Shown: in pieces, positions 50,084-62,592 of the stretch
Layout: every line of letters begins with the position of its first letter
Numbering within the stretch: position 1 is the first letter of the stretch
Origin: Octopus vulgaris
Taxonomy: Eukaryota
NCBI GenBank assembly: GCA_951406725.2
Contig: OX597814.1
Location: forward strand, 192,200,001-192,264,000
DNA length: 64,000 nt
Direction: 5' to 3'
The notes under the pieces: model-generated
What the model saw: the letters and a program-made list of their open reading frames with translations, nothing else
Told to the model about the DNA's origin: nothing
Database searches by the model: none
Position numbers and translations under genes: made by a program

Positions 50084-51325
50084 ATGAATAACAATCCTCA
50101 GTTTTCTCATTCATATAGCAACCTAGCTAATGGTTACTATAACTACCCCGCTAACCAATGGTACCAGCCGGTTCCTTATAATATTACTCCCAATGGCAAT
50201 GTCCCATCTCTGGTTACCTCAAGTAACTCCTCTACAAATACCAATTCCAAAAACACCAACAATAATTCTAACAGTTCCATTAATGCCATACAGCCAAGCG
50301 CACCTCCCCTGCCCCCTCCTCCCCCATATACTGTATACCCATCTAATACCCAACATTCAGACACCAGGGCCCATTCGGCACCACCTCCTAGCTACTATCA
50401 ATCTCTCAGCTTCTCACTTCCTCCGGCTACCCAGTTCTCCCCTTCCAACTTCTCTCCTCCCCCCATCAACCAAAGTTTCCCCACCGGCCCCACTAACCAA
50501 TGTTCCCCTACCAGCTTCTCTCCTCCTCCACCCTATAACCAATGTTCCCCTCCTGGCTTCTCTCCTCCCTCTTATAATCAACGTCCTCCTACCAGCTTCT
50601 CTCCTCCTCCTAACCAATATTCCTCACCCAATGTCCAACATTCTTCTTCAAATGGTAATCTCAGTAATTGCTCAACTCCACCTTCTCCCACCCACACTCA
50701 GTATCCCCCATCACCTACCCACTACTACCCTTATCCCTATGGCTATCCTTCTCTTATCAATCATTTTGCCACTTATCGACCTCCACCCCCTCTTGACTAT
50801 ATTCCCAAATATATTGATGATCAATGGAAAGAAAGGATATGCAAATTTTTGGACTTACCTTATGACCCCCGAGCCAATACTAATAATAACCCTATCTTAA
50901 AAGGGGGCTATTACGGGACTGTTTATTCTGTAATGAGTGATGGCAACTGTTTTTTCCGCTGCATCAGTCAGGAGTTGACAGGACAACAGACGTATCATTC
51001 CAAATTACGAGCAAAATTGTGTGAGTTTATCGAAAGCCATAGAGAAAAATTTGAAGCTTATGTCGACTGCAGCTTCTCAAAACATCTTCGGAGAATGAAA
51101 AGAGACAGTACATGGGCAACTCATGCTGAAATATTCGGCATGGCAACTCTTCTTGGTTGTTCCATTTATGTCAACACAAAATATGGTTTCACAACGGAAT
51201 GGCTGCAGCATGACCCAGTGTTTCAGTATCACACGCCACTGCCAGGCTACCATCGACAGCCAGCTCTGGGGAAAATCTATGTGATTCATGTCGGAGAAGT
51301 ACATTTTAATCTCTTCGTTGTGTGA
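50084..51325 (+). CDS. Intronless OTU-domain deubiquitinase-like protein (413 aa) with a Pro/Tyr-rich N-terminus, nested in a WIPF intron
   Basis: Uninterrupted ATG-to-TGA ORF. OTU Cys box SDGNCFFRCIS (Cys codon 50948-50950), middle motif WATHAEIFGMATLL, and His box VHFN near the C-terminus. Confidence 0.85.
   Translation: MNNNPQFSHSYSNLANGYYNYPANQWYQPVPYNITPNGNVPSLVTSSNSSTNTNSKNTNNNSNSSINAIQPSAPPLPPPPPYTVYPSNTQHSDTRAHSAPPPSYYQSLSFSLPPATQFSPSNFSPPPINQSFPTGPTNQCSPTSFSPPPPYNQCSPPGFSPPSYNQRPPTSFSPPPNQYSSPNVQHSSSNGNLSNCSTPPSPTHTQYPPSPTHYYPYPYGYPSLINHFATYRPPPPLDYIPKYIDDQWKERICKFLDLPYDPRANTNNNPILKGGYYGTVYSVMSDGNCFFRCISQELTGQQTYHSKLRAKLCEFIESHREKFEAYVDCSFSKHLRRMKRDSTWATHAEIFGMATLLGCSIYVNTKYGFTTEWLQHDPVFQYHTPLPGYHRQPALGKIYVIHVGEVHFNLFVV
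50430..50625 (+). repeat. Imperfect coding tandem repeat, about four 36-42 nt units (xSPxxFSPPP(Y)NQ)
   Basis: Units FSPSNFSPPPINQ, CSPTSFSPPPPYNQ, CSPPGFSPPSYNQ and RPPTSFSPPPNQ. The DNA core ttctctcctcc recurs. Confidence 0.75.
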
Positions 51326-51780
51326 AGAAGAATTTTCAAGAAACGGATTAAATTTACTCATTCTCCAGTCGTAATCAACCATCTTACCTGTTTTTCGCAC
51401 AAAAGTAAGAGTTGCTTTACACTCTGCTGTTATTCATTTTCCGTAACAAAACCATTTATCCGGACTCTTCCTGGTCTGTTTCATGCTCGTCTCCAAATTA
51501 TAAACTTACTGTGAATATCATTACAAACTCTGTACTCGTTTGGCTGCTGTAGTGTTAATTGGAATTTCTTTATGAAGAACCAGGAATGTTGTAATTAACC
51601 TCTCTGTCTATAGAAATTTTTAAAACAAGAAAAAAAAAAATAGAAAAGGTTCATAGTGAGTTGTAATTTATTCTTTCTTTAAAATTCTAAGCATTATATT
51701 CTTATAACTTAGTTTATTATAAAATTTAAGTTAACTTTGTTGCTTTATAATTGAAGTCTACTGTTATGACTTTTGCTTAT

Positions 51781-52000
51781 ATCATCATCTTCATCATCTT
51801 CATCATCTTCATCATCATCATCTTCTTCATCATCTTCTTCATCATCATCATCATCATCATCATCTTCTTCATCATCATCTTCATCATCATCATCTTCATC
51901 ATCATCATCATCATCATCTTCATTATCATCTTCATCATCATCATCATCATCATCATCTTCATCATCATCATCTTCTTCTTCTTCTTCATTATTATTATTA
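51781..52000. repeat. (ATC)/(TTC) trinucleotide microsatellite
   Basis: Direct reading. Confidence 0.95.
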
Positions 52001-52804
52001 CCAGTTCAATGTTACTCAAATTCTTGTTAATGTCTGACCAGGTAATACTAACTTCAAATTGTAGTGTTGAATTAAAGCATCCATTATGTAGAAATGAATT
52101 GCTCTGACCAATAAATTTAAACTTTTAAAGCAATGAACTGTCAGGTTGTGATACACACAGTGGTAAATTTGATGTAAGACCTTCAGGTATAATTTTTTGT
52201 TGTTTGCATGTATCCAGACATTTATCATTTCTGAATATGTGCAGATGACAGCATCATTTCACATAACGAATGCTATTTTTCAACTCTGCGGGTCAAAGTT
52301 AGTATCGCTTGGTCAAACATTAACAAGAGTTTGAGCAACCTTGAATAGATTTGTTCTTCTAAAAATCATTTCTCTATTATTATATCATTATTATTATTAT
52401 TAAGATTATATCGTTAGCATGCCACACATAATGCTTGATGGCATTTCATTCACCTTTATGCTCTAAATTCAAATTTCACCAAGGTAGACTTTGCTCTTTA
52501 TTTTTTCAGGGTTACATCAACCCCAGTTGATCACTGGGGGTTGATGTAATCAACTTACCCAACTCCTCTGAAAATACTGTACTTGTGCCAAAATTTGAAA
52601 CATTATTATTATTACTACTACTACTTATTTTTAATTTGCATGCTGTTACAATCACTTGCCAAAACACACCCAGCATCCTAGGGCGAGTGAAGGCTAAGAA
52701 ATGTTACAGTATGATTGAAAGCTTGGAGAGGGGAAGTGGTAGGGGCAGTAGTGAAATATATCTTCATGTAATACAATACAGACATTTAAATTGATAGCAT
52801 TTTT

Positions 52805-54250
52805 CTAAGGATGTCGGCAGAACTTATTAGCACAATCTTTTGGATTTCTCTGAGACATGGTTTTAATGAGATGTTGTCTAGATGTTTCTGACATCCTTTT
52901 TTTTATCATATCAAGAGTACCTACAACAACAGGAACAGTTCTTGCCTCTTGTATTTCAATTTCCAGGTCCTTATATTTACTTATTTTGTCAAATTCTTTG
53001 ACAGATATATTTTTATCAGGAGGAACACTTACATTTATTTGTCTACAAGTATTTTCTTCCCTGTTTTTAATCACTGTCTGGTTGATTAGCCTGGATCATT
53101 TTGTTGGTGTTGACTGGAAAATCTCAAAGGATAGTGACATTTTTACCTTCAACGACCGGCTCGGGATGATGTTCATACCAATAAGCAGAGGTGTTGGCTT
53201 TGTAGTGTTTACATATTTTCCAATGTAAATACCGTCCTCCCCTATTGTGGAAATTTTTGTATTTGTTTGGTATCAGCACTGGACATCCCTAGATTAGATG
53301 GTCTATTGTTTCTTCAAATGTGTCACAGAATCTGCATTTGGGGTCAGAACCATTTTGAAGAACATTAGCCTAGGTGTTTTTGGTAAGCATGCTTTAATCT
53401 TGTGCCACCAATATGAAACCTTCAGTCTCTGCTTTCAGTCCTGAGCTTCTCAGGACTGAAAGTTTGGTCTACATCAGCATTTCGGCTTCTATGATGAAGC
53501 TTCTGGCTCCACTGTTCCTCAGTTTGTTTCTGCCAGTTCTTTTTTGCAGTCTGTTTAATCCATTTTGCTTATTTGGTGGCAGTGGTTTCAAGTTCTTGGT
53601 CTAATTTAGAGTTAATGCCGAGTTCCCTTGCGAATTTCCAAGCTTCTTTGACAATAGAATGTGATGTTCTGCTGCTTTCATGTTTGCACACAAGCCACAG
53701 CATCCAGTCCTCTGTATTAGATAAGTATCTGTTCATTGCTATTGTGGAGGTCCTATAGCACAGTTCTACCTGCATCATTCCTCTTCCCCTAATACTTCTA
53801 GGTAGGTACAGAGGATCAACGTCTGCATTTGGATGGTGCATGTTCTTAGATGTTAGTAGTTTTCTTGTCGTCCTGTCCAGGTTTTGGAACTCTGTAAAAT
53901 TCCAGTTAATGATGTTAAGACTGTATTGGACTACTGGAAGTGCCAGGGTGTTAATGGCTTCAATGCAATTCTTGGAGTTGAGTTCAGTTTTTAGTATGAG
54001 TCTTATTCTCCTGTAATATTCCTTTCTTATTTTTTCCTTCATAGTAGCATGTTGTATACTATCTCCATTTATCCCCATGTATTTATAACTTTCTTGTGGG
54101 TCAAGCTCCTTGATGGTAGTGTCGGTATCTAATTTAACAGAAGCTGTTTGCTTGAGCTTGCCACTTACAAAAGTTGCTTTAGCACACTTATCAAGGCCAA
54201 AATCCATTCCAATGTCATTACCGAATTCCTTAACAATTGATAACAGCCCT
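52805..54250 (-). mobile_element. Decayed restriction-like-endonuclease non-LTR retrotransposon (R4/Dong-like), 3' portion
   Basis: RT end FGLDKCAK...YKYMGI...RGRGMMQVE, CCHC knuckle CRFCDTFEETIDHLI*GCP at about 53280-53340, and REL region INVSVP...KISKYKDLEIEI. Contains frameshifts and stops. Confidence 0.8.
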
Positions 54251-54575
54251 GCTATCAATAAAACAAGTACCAGTTGAACATTGGGGTCACTGTAATTGAG
54301 TCATCCCCTCCCCCAAAATTGCTGCCCTTGTGGAAAAATTTGAAACCATTATTATTATTATTAAGGCGGTGAGCTGGCAGAGTCATTAGCACTCTGGACT
54401 ACATGCTTAGCGGTATTTTGCCCCTCGCTTTGTTCTGAGTTCAAATTCTGCCAAGGTTGACTTTACCTTTCATCATTTCAGGGTCAATAAAATAAGTACC
54501 GGTTATGCACTGGGGTTGATGTAATCAACTTCATCCCTTCCCCCAAATTTCAGGCCTTGTGCCTCCAGTAGAAAA

Positions 54576-54611
<36 letters not shown>

Positions 54612-56116
54612 AAAGGTTTAGTGGTATTTCATCTGTCTTCATGTTCTGACATCAAATGCTGCTGAGGTTGACTTAGCTTTTCATTGTTTTAGGGTTTGTA
54701 AAATAAGCACCAGTTGATCACTGGGGTTGATGTTGTCGACTAGCCCCTCTCAGTGAAATTTCAGGCCTTGTGCCTATAGTAGAAAAAAATCATCATCATC
54801 ATTGTCAGATTTAGCTAATCTGTATCATAGATTATGTTTCAGAGAAGAAACGGCCCAAAAGATATCAGTCACATGGAAAAATAGTGTTAATTCATTCAAT
54901 GTAGGAAACATCGAAAAGCTAATTAGGAATAATTATGTAATGAGAAAACAACACTTCCATGCTATCATGATGAATGACATTCTGGATTGACGATAAACAT
55001 TTTCTATTTAGCTGACATTTGTCACCAAAGGTGTGCAGTGATGGCACACTGAATGAAAGGAATTTAAGCCACAGAAATGTAAATACATGGTTCTAGTCAG
55101 AGAAAGTGGGAGAAAGAGAGAGAGAGAGAGAGAGAGAGTCAGACAGACAGACAGAGAGGGGTTGGGTGTAGTAAACTCTGTTCATTGTCTTATTTCTGTT
55201 TTATTCCATTCAATAACTTCTACCATATTTTTCTGTTTGATATAGGAAATATGGAAAAGGTATTTAAGGGAATGAAATTAATGAGAGAAAATGAATTAAT
55301 TCATTAAGCATCTCTCTCTCTCTCTCTCTCTCCCTCCCATCACTCACTCACTCACACACACACACACTTGTAAAGCATTTACATTTTTACTTCTTTATGG
55401 TTTAAATTTATTTGATTGGCTTTCCTATCTCTGCACACTTTCTGATAATGTCAATTAGTTAAATTGAAAGTATCACAAAATATAATAATAATAATAATAA
55501 TAATCAAATGGTGGTGCCCCAGCATGGCCACAGCTCGTGAGCTGAAACTAGATAAAATAAAATAAAATAAAAAATAAAATAATAATCCTTTCTAGTGGAA
55601 TAATAATGATATTGATAATAATATTAACAAATATCAATAATAATGATATTAATAATAATCTTTTCAACTGGAAGCACAATGCCTCAAATTTGTGGGGAGG
55701 GGATGTGTCAATTACATCAACCCCAATGTTTCACTGGTGCTTAATTTTATCGACCCTGAAAGGATGAAAGGCAGAGTCAATCTCGGCAGAATTTGAATTC
55801 AGAACATAGCAACAGGCGAAATACTGCTAAGCGTTTCATCCAGCATGCTTACAACTCTGCCAGCTTGCCACCTTATTCATAATTATAATAATTATAATTA
55901 TTTCAAATTTTTGCCACAAGGGCAGCAATTTTGGGGAAGTTGGGGTGAGTTAATTACATCGACCCCAGTGTTAAACTGATACTTATTTTATTCACCCCTC
56001 GAAAGGATGAAAGGCAAAGTTGACCTTGGCGGAATTTGAACTCGGAATATAACAGCAGACGAAATACCACTAAGCATTTCGCCCGGTGTGCTAACGATTC
56101 TGCCAGCACACCGCCC

Positions 56117-56147
<31 letters not shown>

Positions 56148-57683
56148 AATATTAATAATCCTTTCACAAGGTTAGTTGATTACATTAACCTCGGTGCTCA
56201 ACCGGTACTTATTTTATTACCCTGAAAAGGATTAAAGTTAACCTCAGCAGGATTTGAACTTTCCATAAAAGCCAGAAGAAATGTCGCTAAGCATTTTTCG
56301 TCTGATGTGCTAACGATTCTGACTGTAATAATAATCATGGTTTCAAATTTTGGCTCAAGGCCAGCAAGTGTGGGGGTGGGGGTACTTATTTCACAACCCT
56401 GAAAGGATGAAAGGCAAAGTCAACCTTGGCCAAGTAATAAAACATAATGTTTGTTTTTACATAATTTCTTTTATATTTAGGTGTAATGTTACAAGAAACA
56501 TTAAACTTCATTGTATACTATTGTTTCATTCTTTAGTGGGTGGTAGAAAGATAGATTTTTAGTCTGGACTTAAATTTCAAATGGGATTAACAATGATTTT
56601 TATCCAGCTGAAAAATATGAGATTTTCACATATTCTGTGACATGAAGTATTCCAGATTGCAAGGCAACGTGCTAAAGAGAATTGAGACATTGTTGGGGAA
56701 AAGTATATTTGGAATGGTAATGGCACATTGGCCCTTGCTGATACTGAAAACAAAAGGACCTGGAAGTGCTACTGAGAAGTTGTTGAATGAGGATAATGCA
56801 TGGAGAGAGGTGGGGTTACTCGAAATAAACCCAACAGAGATACCAATCATTGAAGTTACCAGGCATTGATCATCATCATCTTCATTTAATATCCGTTTTC
56901 CATGCTGACATGGTTTCTACGGCTAGTTGCCATTCCTAATACCAACCACTCTAAGAGTGTAGTGGGTGCTTTTTACACGCCAGTGGCACAGGTGCCAGTG
57001 ACACAACACCGGCATTGGCCATGACTACAATTTCATTTGGCTTAACAGATTTTCTCAAGCACAGTATATCGCCAAAGGCCTTGATCATTTGTCACTGCCT
57101 CCATGAGGCCCAATGTTTGAACAGTGTTTTTAATGTGCCAGTTAGGCAACACTGGTATTGGCTTTGACTACAATTTCACTTGACTTGATGGGTCTCCTAA
57201 GGTCTCAGTCACTTGTCATTGTCTCTGTGAGGCCCAACATTCAAAGATCATGCTTCACCACCTCGTCCCATGTCTTCCTGAATCTACCTCTTCCACAGGT
57301 TCCCTCCACCATGCAGCTAAAATCAAATCTTGTTTCTGCATTTTAAAGTAACATAATTTTTCCTTGCTTACTTTCCTCTTTGTTGAGTCTTAAGGGTATT
57401 GGCCATGGAATGGTTCATCTGTTTATTCTGTAGACTTATGTCTTCTTTTGCGTGTATCCTTTCAATTACCTTGTCATTATTGAAATATTTTCACTTAATA
57501 TTTTTTCTCTTTTATGCTGGGTGAAATGCTTAGCAGTACTTCGTCTGCCGTTACATTCTGAGTTCAGTTCTGCCGAGGTTCACAGAGCACAAACAGCCAG
57601 AAGAAATGCCTTCAAGCATTTCACCTTATATGCTTACAGTTCTACTAGCTTGCCTAAATAATAATAATAATAATAATAATAAT

Positions 57684-57773
57684 ATGAGAAAGCAACCATA
57701 CCATGGGGATGTGCCAATACATACAGATAGAGAAATTAAGGCCAATAGGCCAGATATAGTTGTCAGAGATCAT
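57684..57773 (+). mobile_element. Short R4/Dong-like REL endonuclease fragment next to (TAA)n
   Basis: Translates PIHTDREIKANRPDIVVRD (the RPD motif of REL endonucleases) and follows an (AAT)n tract. Confidence 0.6.
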
Positions 57774-59011
57774 CTAGGTTAAATAAGTACCAGTTACGCA
57801 CTGGGGTCAATGTAATTGACTTAATCCCTTTGTCTGTCCTTGTTTGTCCCCTCTGTGTTCAGCCCCCTGTGGGCAATAAAGGAATAAATATTTTTTCTCT
57901 TTATTAAAAAAGTTGCTATACAGTTAAGAAGGTTGTAATGCAAACACATGGTTTCAGGTTCAATACTACCACATGGCCCAAAACCTTGCCAGTGGATTCA
58001 GTAGACGAAAACTAAAAGACACCTGTTATATGTATATGTGTTTATATATGTGTGGGTTTGTGTGTGTGTGTGTGGCTATTTATGTTTCCTTGTCCAGAGA
58101 GTGTGTTAATTGTAAATAAACATCATACAAACAGTGTTACTTGTGTGCAACCTTCCGCAAAAACATGTCCAGCCATTATACTGTAAAAAGCTTTCAGTTC
58201 ACTCTGTAAAGTGGTTGGCATTAAGAAGGGCAACCAGCTGTAAAACCATTCCAAAACAGACAATGGAGCTTGGTGCAGTTCTCTTGCTTGTCAGCTCCTG
58301 TTAAACCATCCAGCCCATGCCAGCATAAAAGACAGACATTAAATGATGATGATGATGATGATGTAGTAGCAGTTTGGTTCTCATCCTGGACCCAATACAA
58401 CTGACCACGTATTCACTTTATGGCAGGTCTTTGAGAAATCATGGGAATATTACCAAGTAGTGTACATTTGCTTCGTAGACCTCAAAAAGGCTTACAACTG
58501 CATGTTGTGAGGCATGCTGTGGAGGGTTTTGGAGGAGTTCATTTTTAGTATTCTTGTTTGTGAGAGCAGTCGTGTTTATTTTAGATATTTTCATTTTAAA
58601 AATCATCTCCGGCTAATCATTGAGAGGATGTTGGTGTTGCCTTGGCGGAGGTTTGCATTCTCTGAGTGTTCTTGTTTGTTATTTATTTTATCAATTAACA
58701 AAAAGCTAGTCAGCCTTGGCATAAACCAGATGGTATTAAATACTGCAAACCCTGTTTTGTTTTGTTTTTTTTTGTTACATTCAACAATTTCATTCATCTC
58801 ACACCAAGATATATAGATTTTTATTTCATTGCTTTTTTTTCATTTTTGTTCTTTCCTTCTTTGTCTAAGTCAGTTATAACCCCCTTCGTATCTAGGATGC
58901 TATATGGGAATGCAATGATAAGAATACTTCTGATTTAGTTATCACTGGTAACGATTTGATAGAGTTGGAAGATGGATACAAGAACAAGTAGTTTGCGTAA
59001 ATGTGTAAATA

Positions 59012-59577
59012 TTGGGTTGTCCGGAAAGTTTGTGCCGAATTTTAAAGGATAGAAAAAGATCAATAAATACTTGCCATTACATTTTTAATCAACCAAATAT
59101 GAACCATTTTGTTGTACAATGCGTCTTCATCTTTCCTTTAACTTGAAAATACCCTCTTCCCAGAACTTAGGTGGTTTCATAGCAAAGAATTCATCAAGGT
59201 ATCTTTTTACGGCATCCAAGGAATTGAAATTTTTACCATTAAGACTATTCTGCAGAGACCTGAATAAGTGGAAATCCGAAGGAGCAATATCTGGTGAATA
59301 TGGAGGGTGGGCTAACACACCCCAGCCGAGCTGCAGAAATTTTTGTCTGGTTCCCAAAGCATCAAGTGCCAAAAATGAACTTTCTTATCTTCCAATTTAA
59401 AGGGTTACAGAATTAACACATGTTATAGGAACATAAACCTTCCTCCACAAAAAGATAGCTTAAACTGTGCTCTAAATAGAGGTGTAGTCAAATCCTATTT
59501 TATGGACTCAACCATGTTCTAAAATAAGTCGAAAGGTAAGCTACTATAAATTGGCACGAACTTTCCGGACAACCCAA
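59012..59577 (-). mobile_element. Internally deleted mariner transposon
   Basis: TIRs TA-ttgggttgtccggaaagtt ... aactttccggacaacccaa-TA. Remnant HPPYSPDIAPSDFHLFRSLQN in ORF 59127..59372. Confidence 0.9.
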
Positions 59578-60170
59578 TAGAACCAGGCACAGAGTAGGAT
59601 CATTTCAATAGTGTGTTGGCGATAGTAAATGTTTCTGTTGGTACTGATAAGATGAAATTTGTTAACATCTACTCATTTCAAGAACTTTTATACCAGAAGC
59701 GCTGACAGGGCTCTGCCTCACTTCTGTCCTTGAAGACTTGCATACCCACCTACCTCCAACCCACCTACCTCTTTCTCTCTATACATAATGGACTAACCAA
59801 CAGCAGCTCATTTGCTCAACAGAACACATAGAATTAATTTTATGCTGACCCCTTTTTCCTTATTGTTTTAAATATGCTGAGGTGCATGATCTAGTGGTTA
59901 GGACATTGCATCTGTAATCGTGAGATTGTGGTTTCAATTCTCAGACTTGATGGTGCATTGTATTCTTGAGTAAAATACTTCGTTCAGCATAGCTCCAGTC
60001 CACTCAGCTGTAAATGAGTTACCCTGTGAAGGACTGGCACCCCTTACATGTGGCATATTGTGATCTTGATCTCACACCAGGTCCTAGGAGTCCTAGAGAC
60101 ATTAATATCCAGATGTTGTTGATGATGATGATTAACTGTTTTTACATATTTGTCTTTTGTTCTCTTCTAG

Positions 60171-60275
60171 ATATTACAAAACGTGGCCATTTCCATGATG
60201 TATATGAATTTCCACCTCCTGAGCCTTTTAGTGGGTGTGCAAAGACATACCCTAGTCGTAATTCAAGAAATGCTG
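60171..60275 (+). CDS. WIPF: WIP/verprolin family exon encoding the WASP(WH1)-binding domain
   Basis: Acceptor ttctcttctag| and donor GCTG|gtaagt, 105 nt. DITKRGHFHDVYEFPPPEPFSGCAKTYPSR matches the WIP WBD pattern FH-x(4)-[LF]PPPEP-x(5)-KxYPS. Confidence 0.9.
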
Positions 60276-60710
60276 GTAAGTCAACTAATACACATTCTTT
60301 TTGTGTGTGTGCGTGCGTGTGTGTATGTGCGTTTGCCTCTAGCACCAAAAAGTACTGTCTCCAACACCGGTCAGTTGTCCAGTCAGCCATGCCTACTTGT
60401 CTGTGTCCAAACAGCTGGACCCAGTTATTTCATTCTGACCTGTTGATGTAGAGTCATCCATTTCATTTGGAAAAAAAAAAAGACAATGCCTAGATTTTTT
60501 TTCAATTTTTGTCATGGCCGATGCCAGTACCACTTGACTGGCACCTGTACTGGTGGCACATAAAAAGCACCATTCGAGCGTGGTCATTGCCAGTGCCACC
60601 TGACTGGCTCCCATGCAGGTGGCATGTAAAAAGCACCCGCTACACTCTCAGAGTGGTTGACATTAGGAAGGGCATCCAGCTGTAGAAACCTTGCCAGATC
60701 AGATTGGAGC

Positions 60711-60932
60711 CTGGCAGAAACGTTAGCACGTCGGGTGAAATGCTTAGCGGTATTTCGTCTGCCATTACGTTGTGAGTTCAAATTCCGCCAAGGTCGACTT
60801 TACCTTTCATCCTTTCGGAGTCGATAAATTAAGTACCACTTATGCACTGGGGTCGATGTAATCGACTTAATACCTGTGTCTGTCCTTGTTTGTCCCCTCT
60901 ATGTTTAACCCCTTGTGGGTAATGAAAAAATA
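60711..60932 (+). mobile_element. SINE family B nested in a family C element
   Basis: Family C sequence breaks at attggagcctgg and resumes at ggtacagccttctggc. Confidence 0.8.
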
Positions 60933-61082
60933 GGTACAGCCTTCTGGCTTGCCAGCCTTGAGTCAAACCGTCAAACCCATGCCAGCATGGAAGGCAGACG
61001 TTTAACGATGATGATGATGAACATATTCTAGGTGCTGGCCACACAGCTGGGGTTCTTTGACAATTAGCATAATCTTTATGTT

Positions 61083-61285
61083 ACTCTTTTACTTGTTTCA
61101 GTCATTTGACTGCGGCCATGCTGCAGCACCGCCTTTAATCGAGCAACTTGACCCCGGGACTTATTCTTTTGTAAGCCCAGTACTTATTCTATCGGTCTCT
61201 TTTACCGAACCGCTAAGTAACGGGGACATAAACACACTAGCATTGGTTGTCAAGCAATGCTAGGGGGACAAACACAGACACACAA

Positions 61286-61322
<37 letters not shown>

Positions 61323-61483
61323 CATATATACAACGGGCTTCTTTTCAGTTTCCGTCTACCAAATCCACTCACAAGGCTTTGGTCGGCCCGAGGCTATAGC
61401 AGAAGACACTTGCCCAAGATGCCACATAGTGGGACTGAACCCGGAACCATGTGGTTGGTAAACAAGCTACTTACCACACAGCT
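61083..61483 (-). mobile_element. SINE family A
   Basis: Reverse complement of 10789-11170. Confidence 0.85.
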
Positions 61484-61822
61484 GCAGCATGTTTCATTTG
61501 TCTTGGTTAAACACTACTGGGCATGTTTTCAGCTTGAAAAAAATGGTTCTGTTTGTAGTCCTGAAAAATTTCCTACACTTTGGATTGCCCTAAAGACAAC
61601 AATTAAAAGCTGCTGCATAAATATCAGTTCAAAAACGACAAAAAAAAAACGAAAGATGGAGACTGTAGAGGGAACAACAGACATGGTTTATAAGTTTCCC
61701 TCTCAGGAAATCTGGAAGACTTCTTTGATGCTTCGAGCCTATGCTCATCTACAGAAAGGAATGAGGGGAGGAAAAAATGGAATGGGGAAAAAAATATGTG
61801 TCTGGATTAACGATTAACTATA

Positions 61823-62225
61823 GGCGTAGGAGTGGCTGTGGTAAGTAGCTTGCTTACCAACCACGTGGTTCTGGGTTCAGTCCCACTGCGTGGCACCTTG
61901 GGCAAGTGTCTTCTGCTATAGCCTCAGGCCGACCAAAGCCTTGTGAGTGGATTTGGTAGATGGAAACTGAAAGAAGCCCGTCGTATATATATATATATAT
62001 ATATATATGTTTGTGTGTCTGTGTTTGTCCCCCCAACATCGCTTGACAACCGATGCTGGTGTGTTTACATCGCCATACCTTAGTGGTTCAGTGAAAGAGA
62101 CCAATAGGATAAGTACTGGGCTTACAAAGAACAAGTCCCGGGGTCGAATTGCTCGACTAAAGGCAGTGCTCCAGCATGGCCACAGTCAAATGACTGAAAC
62201 AAGTAAGAGTAAAAAAGAAAGAGTA
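61823..62225 (+). mobile_element. SINE family A
   Basis: Homologous to 10789-11170. Confidence 0.85.
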
Positions 62226-62249
62226 ATTGCACATGTAGAATTTATATTC

Positions 62250-62592
62250 TTTTACTCGTTTCAGTCATTTGACTGGGGCCATGCTAGAGCACTCCCTTTT
62301 AGTCAAAAGAAATTGACTCCTGGACTTATTCTTTGTAAGCCCAGTACCTATTCTATCATTCCTCTTTGCCAAACTGCTAAGTTATGGGGACATAAACATA
62401 CCAGCATCAGTTGTCAAGTAATGACAGTGGGGGTGAGGTCAAACACAAAGACACACACATAAGTATATACATATGTATACGACAGGCTTCTTTTAGTTTC
62501 TGTCTACAAAATCTGCTCGCAAGGTTTTGGTCAGCCTGAGGTGGGACTGAACCTGGAACCATGTGGTTGAGAAGCAAGCTTCTTAACACACA
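62250..62592 (-). mobile_element. SINE family A (older, internally deleted)
   Basis: Reverse-complement homology, tail-to-tail with 61823-62225. Confidence 0.75.

Noticed and set aside
50130-50900. 256-aa alternative-frame ORF overlapping the OTU gene
   Set aside because: Leu/Pro-rich shadow of C-rich low-complexity coding sequence, with no recognisable domain.
51751-52107. Poly-Ile/Phe, poly-Ser and poly-Met ORFs
   Set aside because: Frames of an ATC/TTC trinucleotide repeat.
61257-61817. 186-aa ORF (and the many RLPNPLTRLWSARGYSRRH ORFs)
   Set aside because: Antisense read-through of SINE family A.
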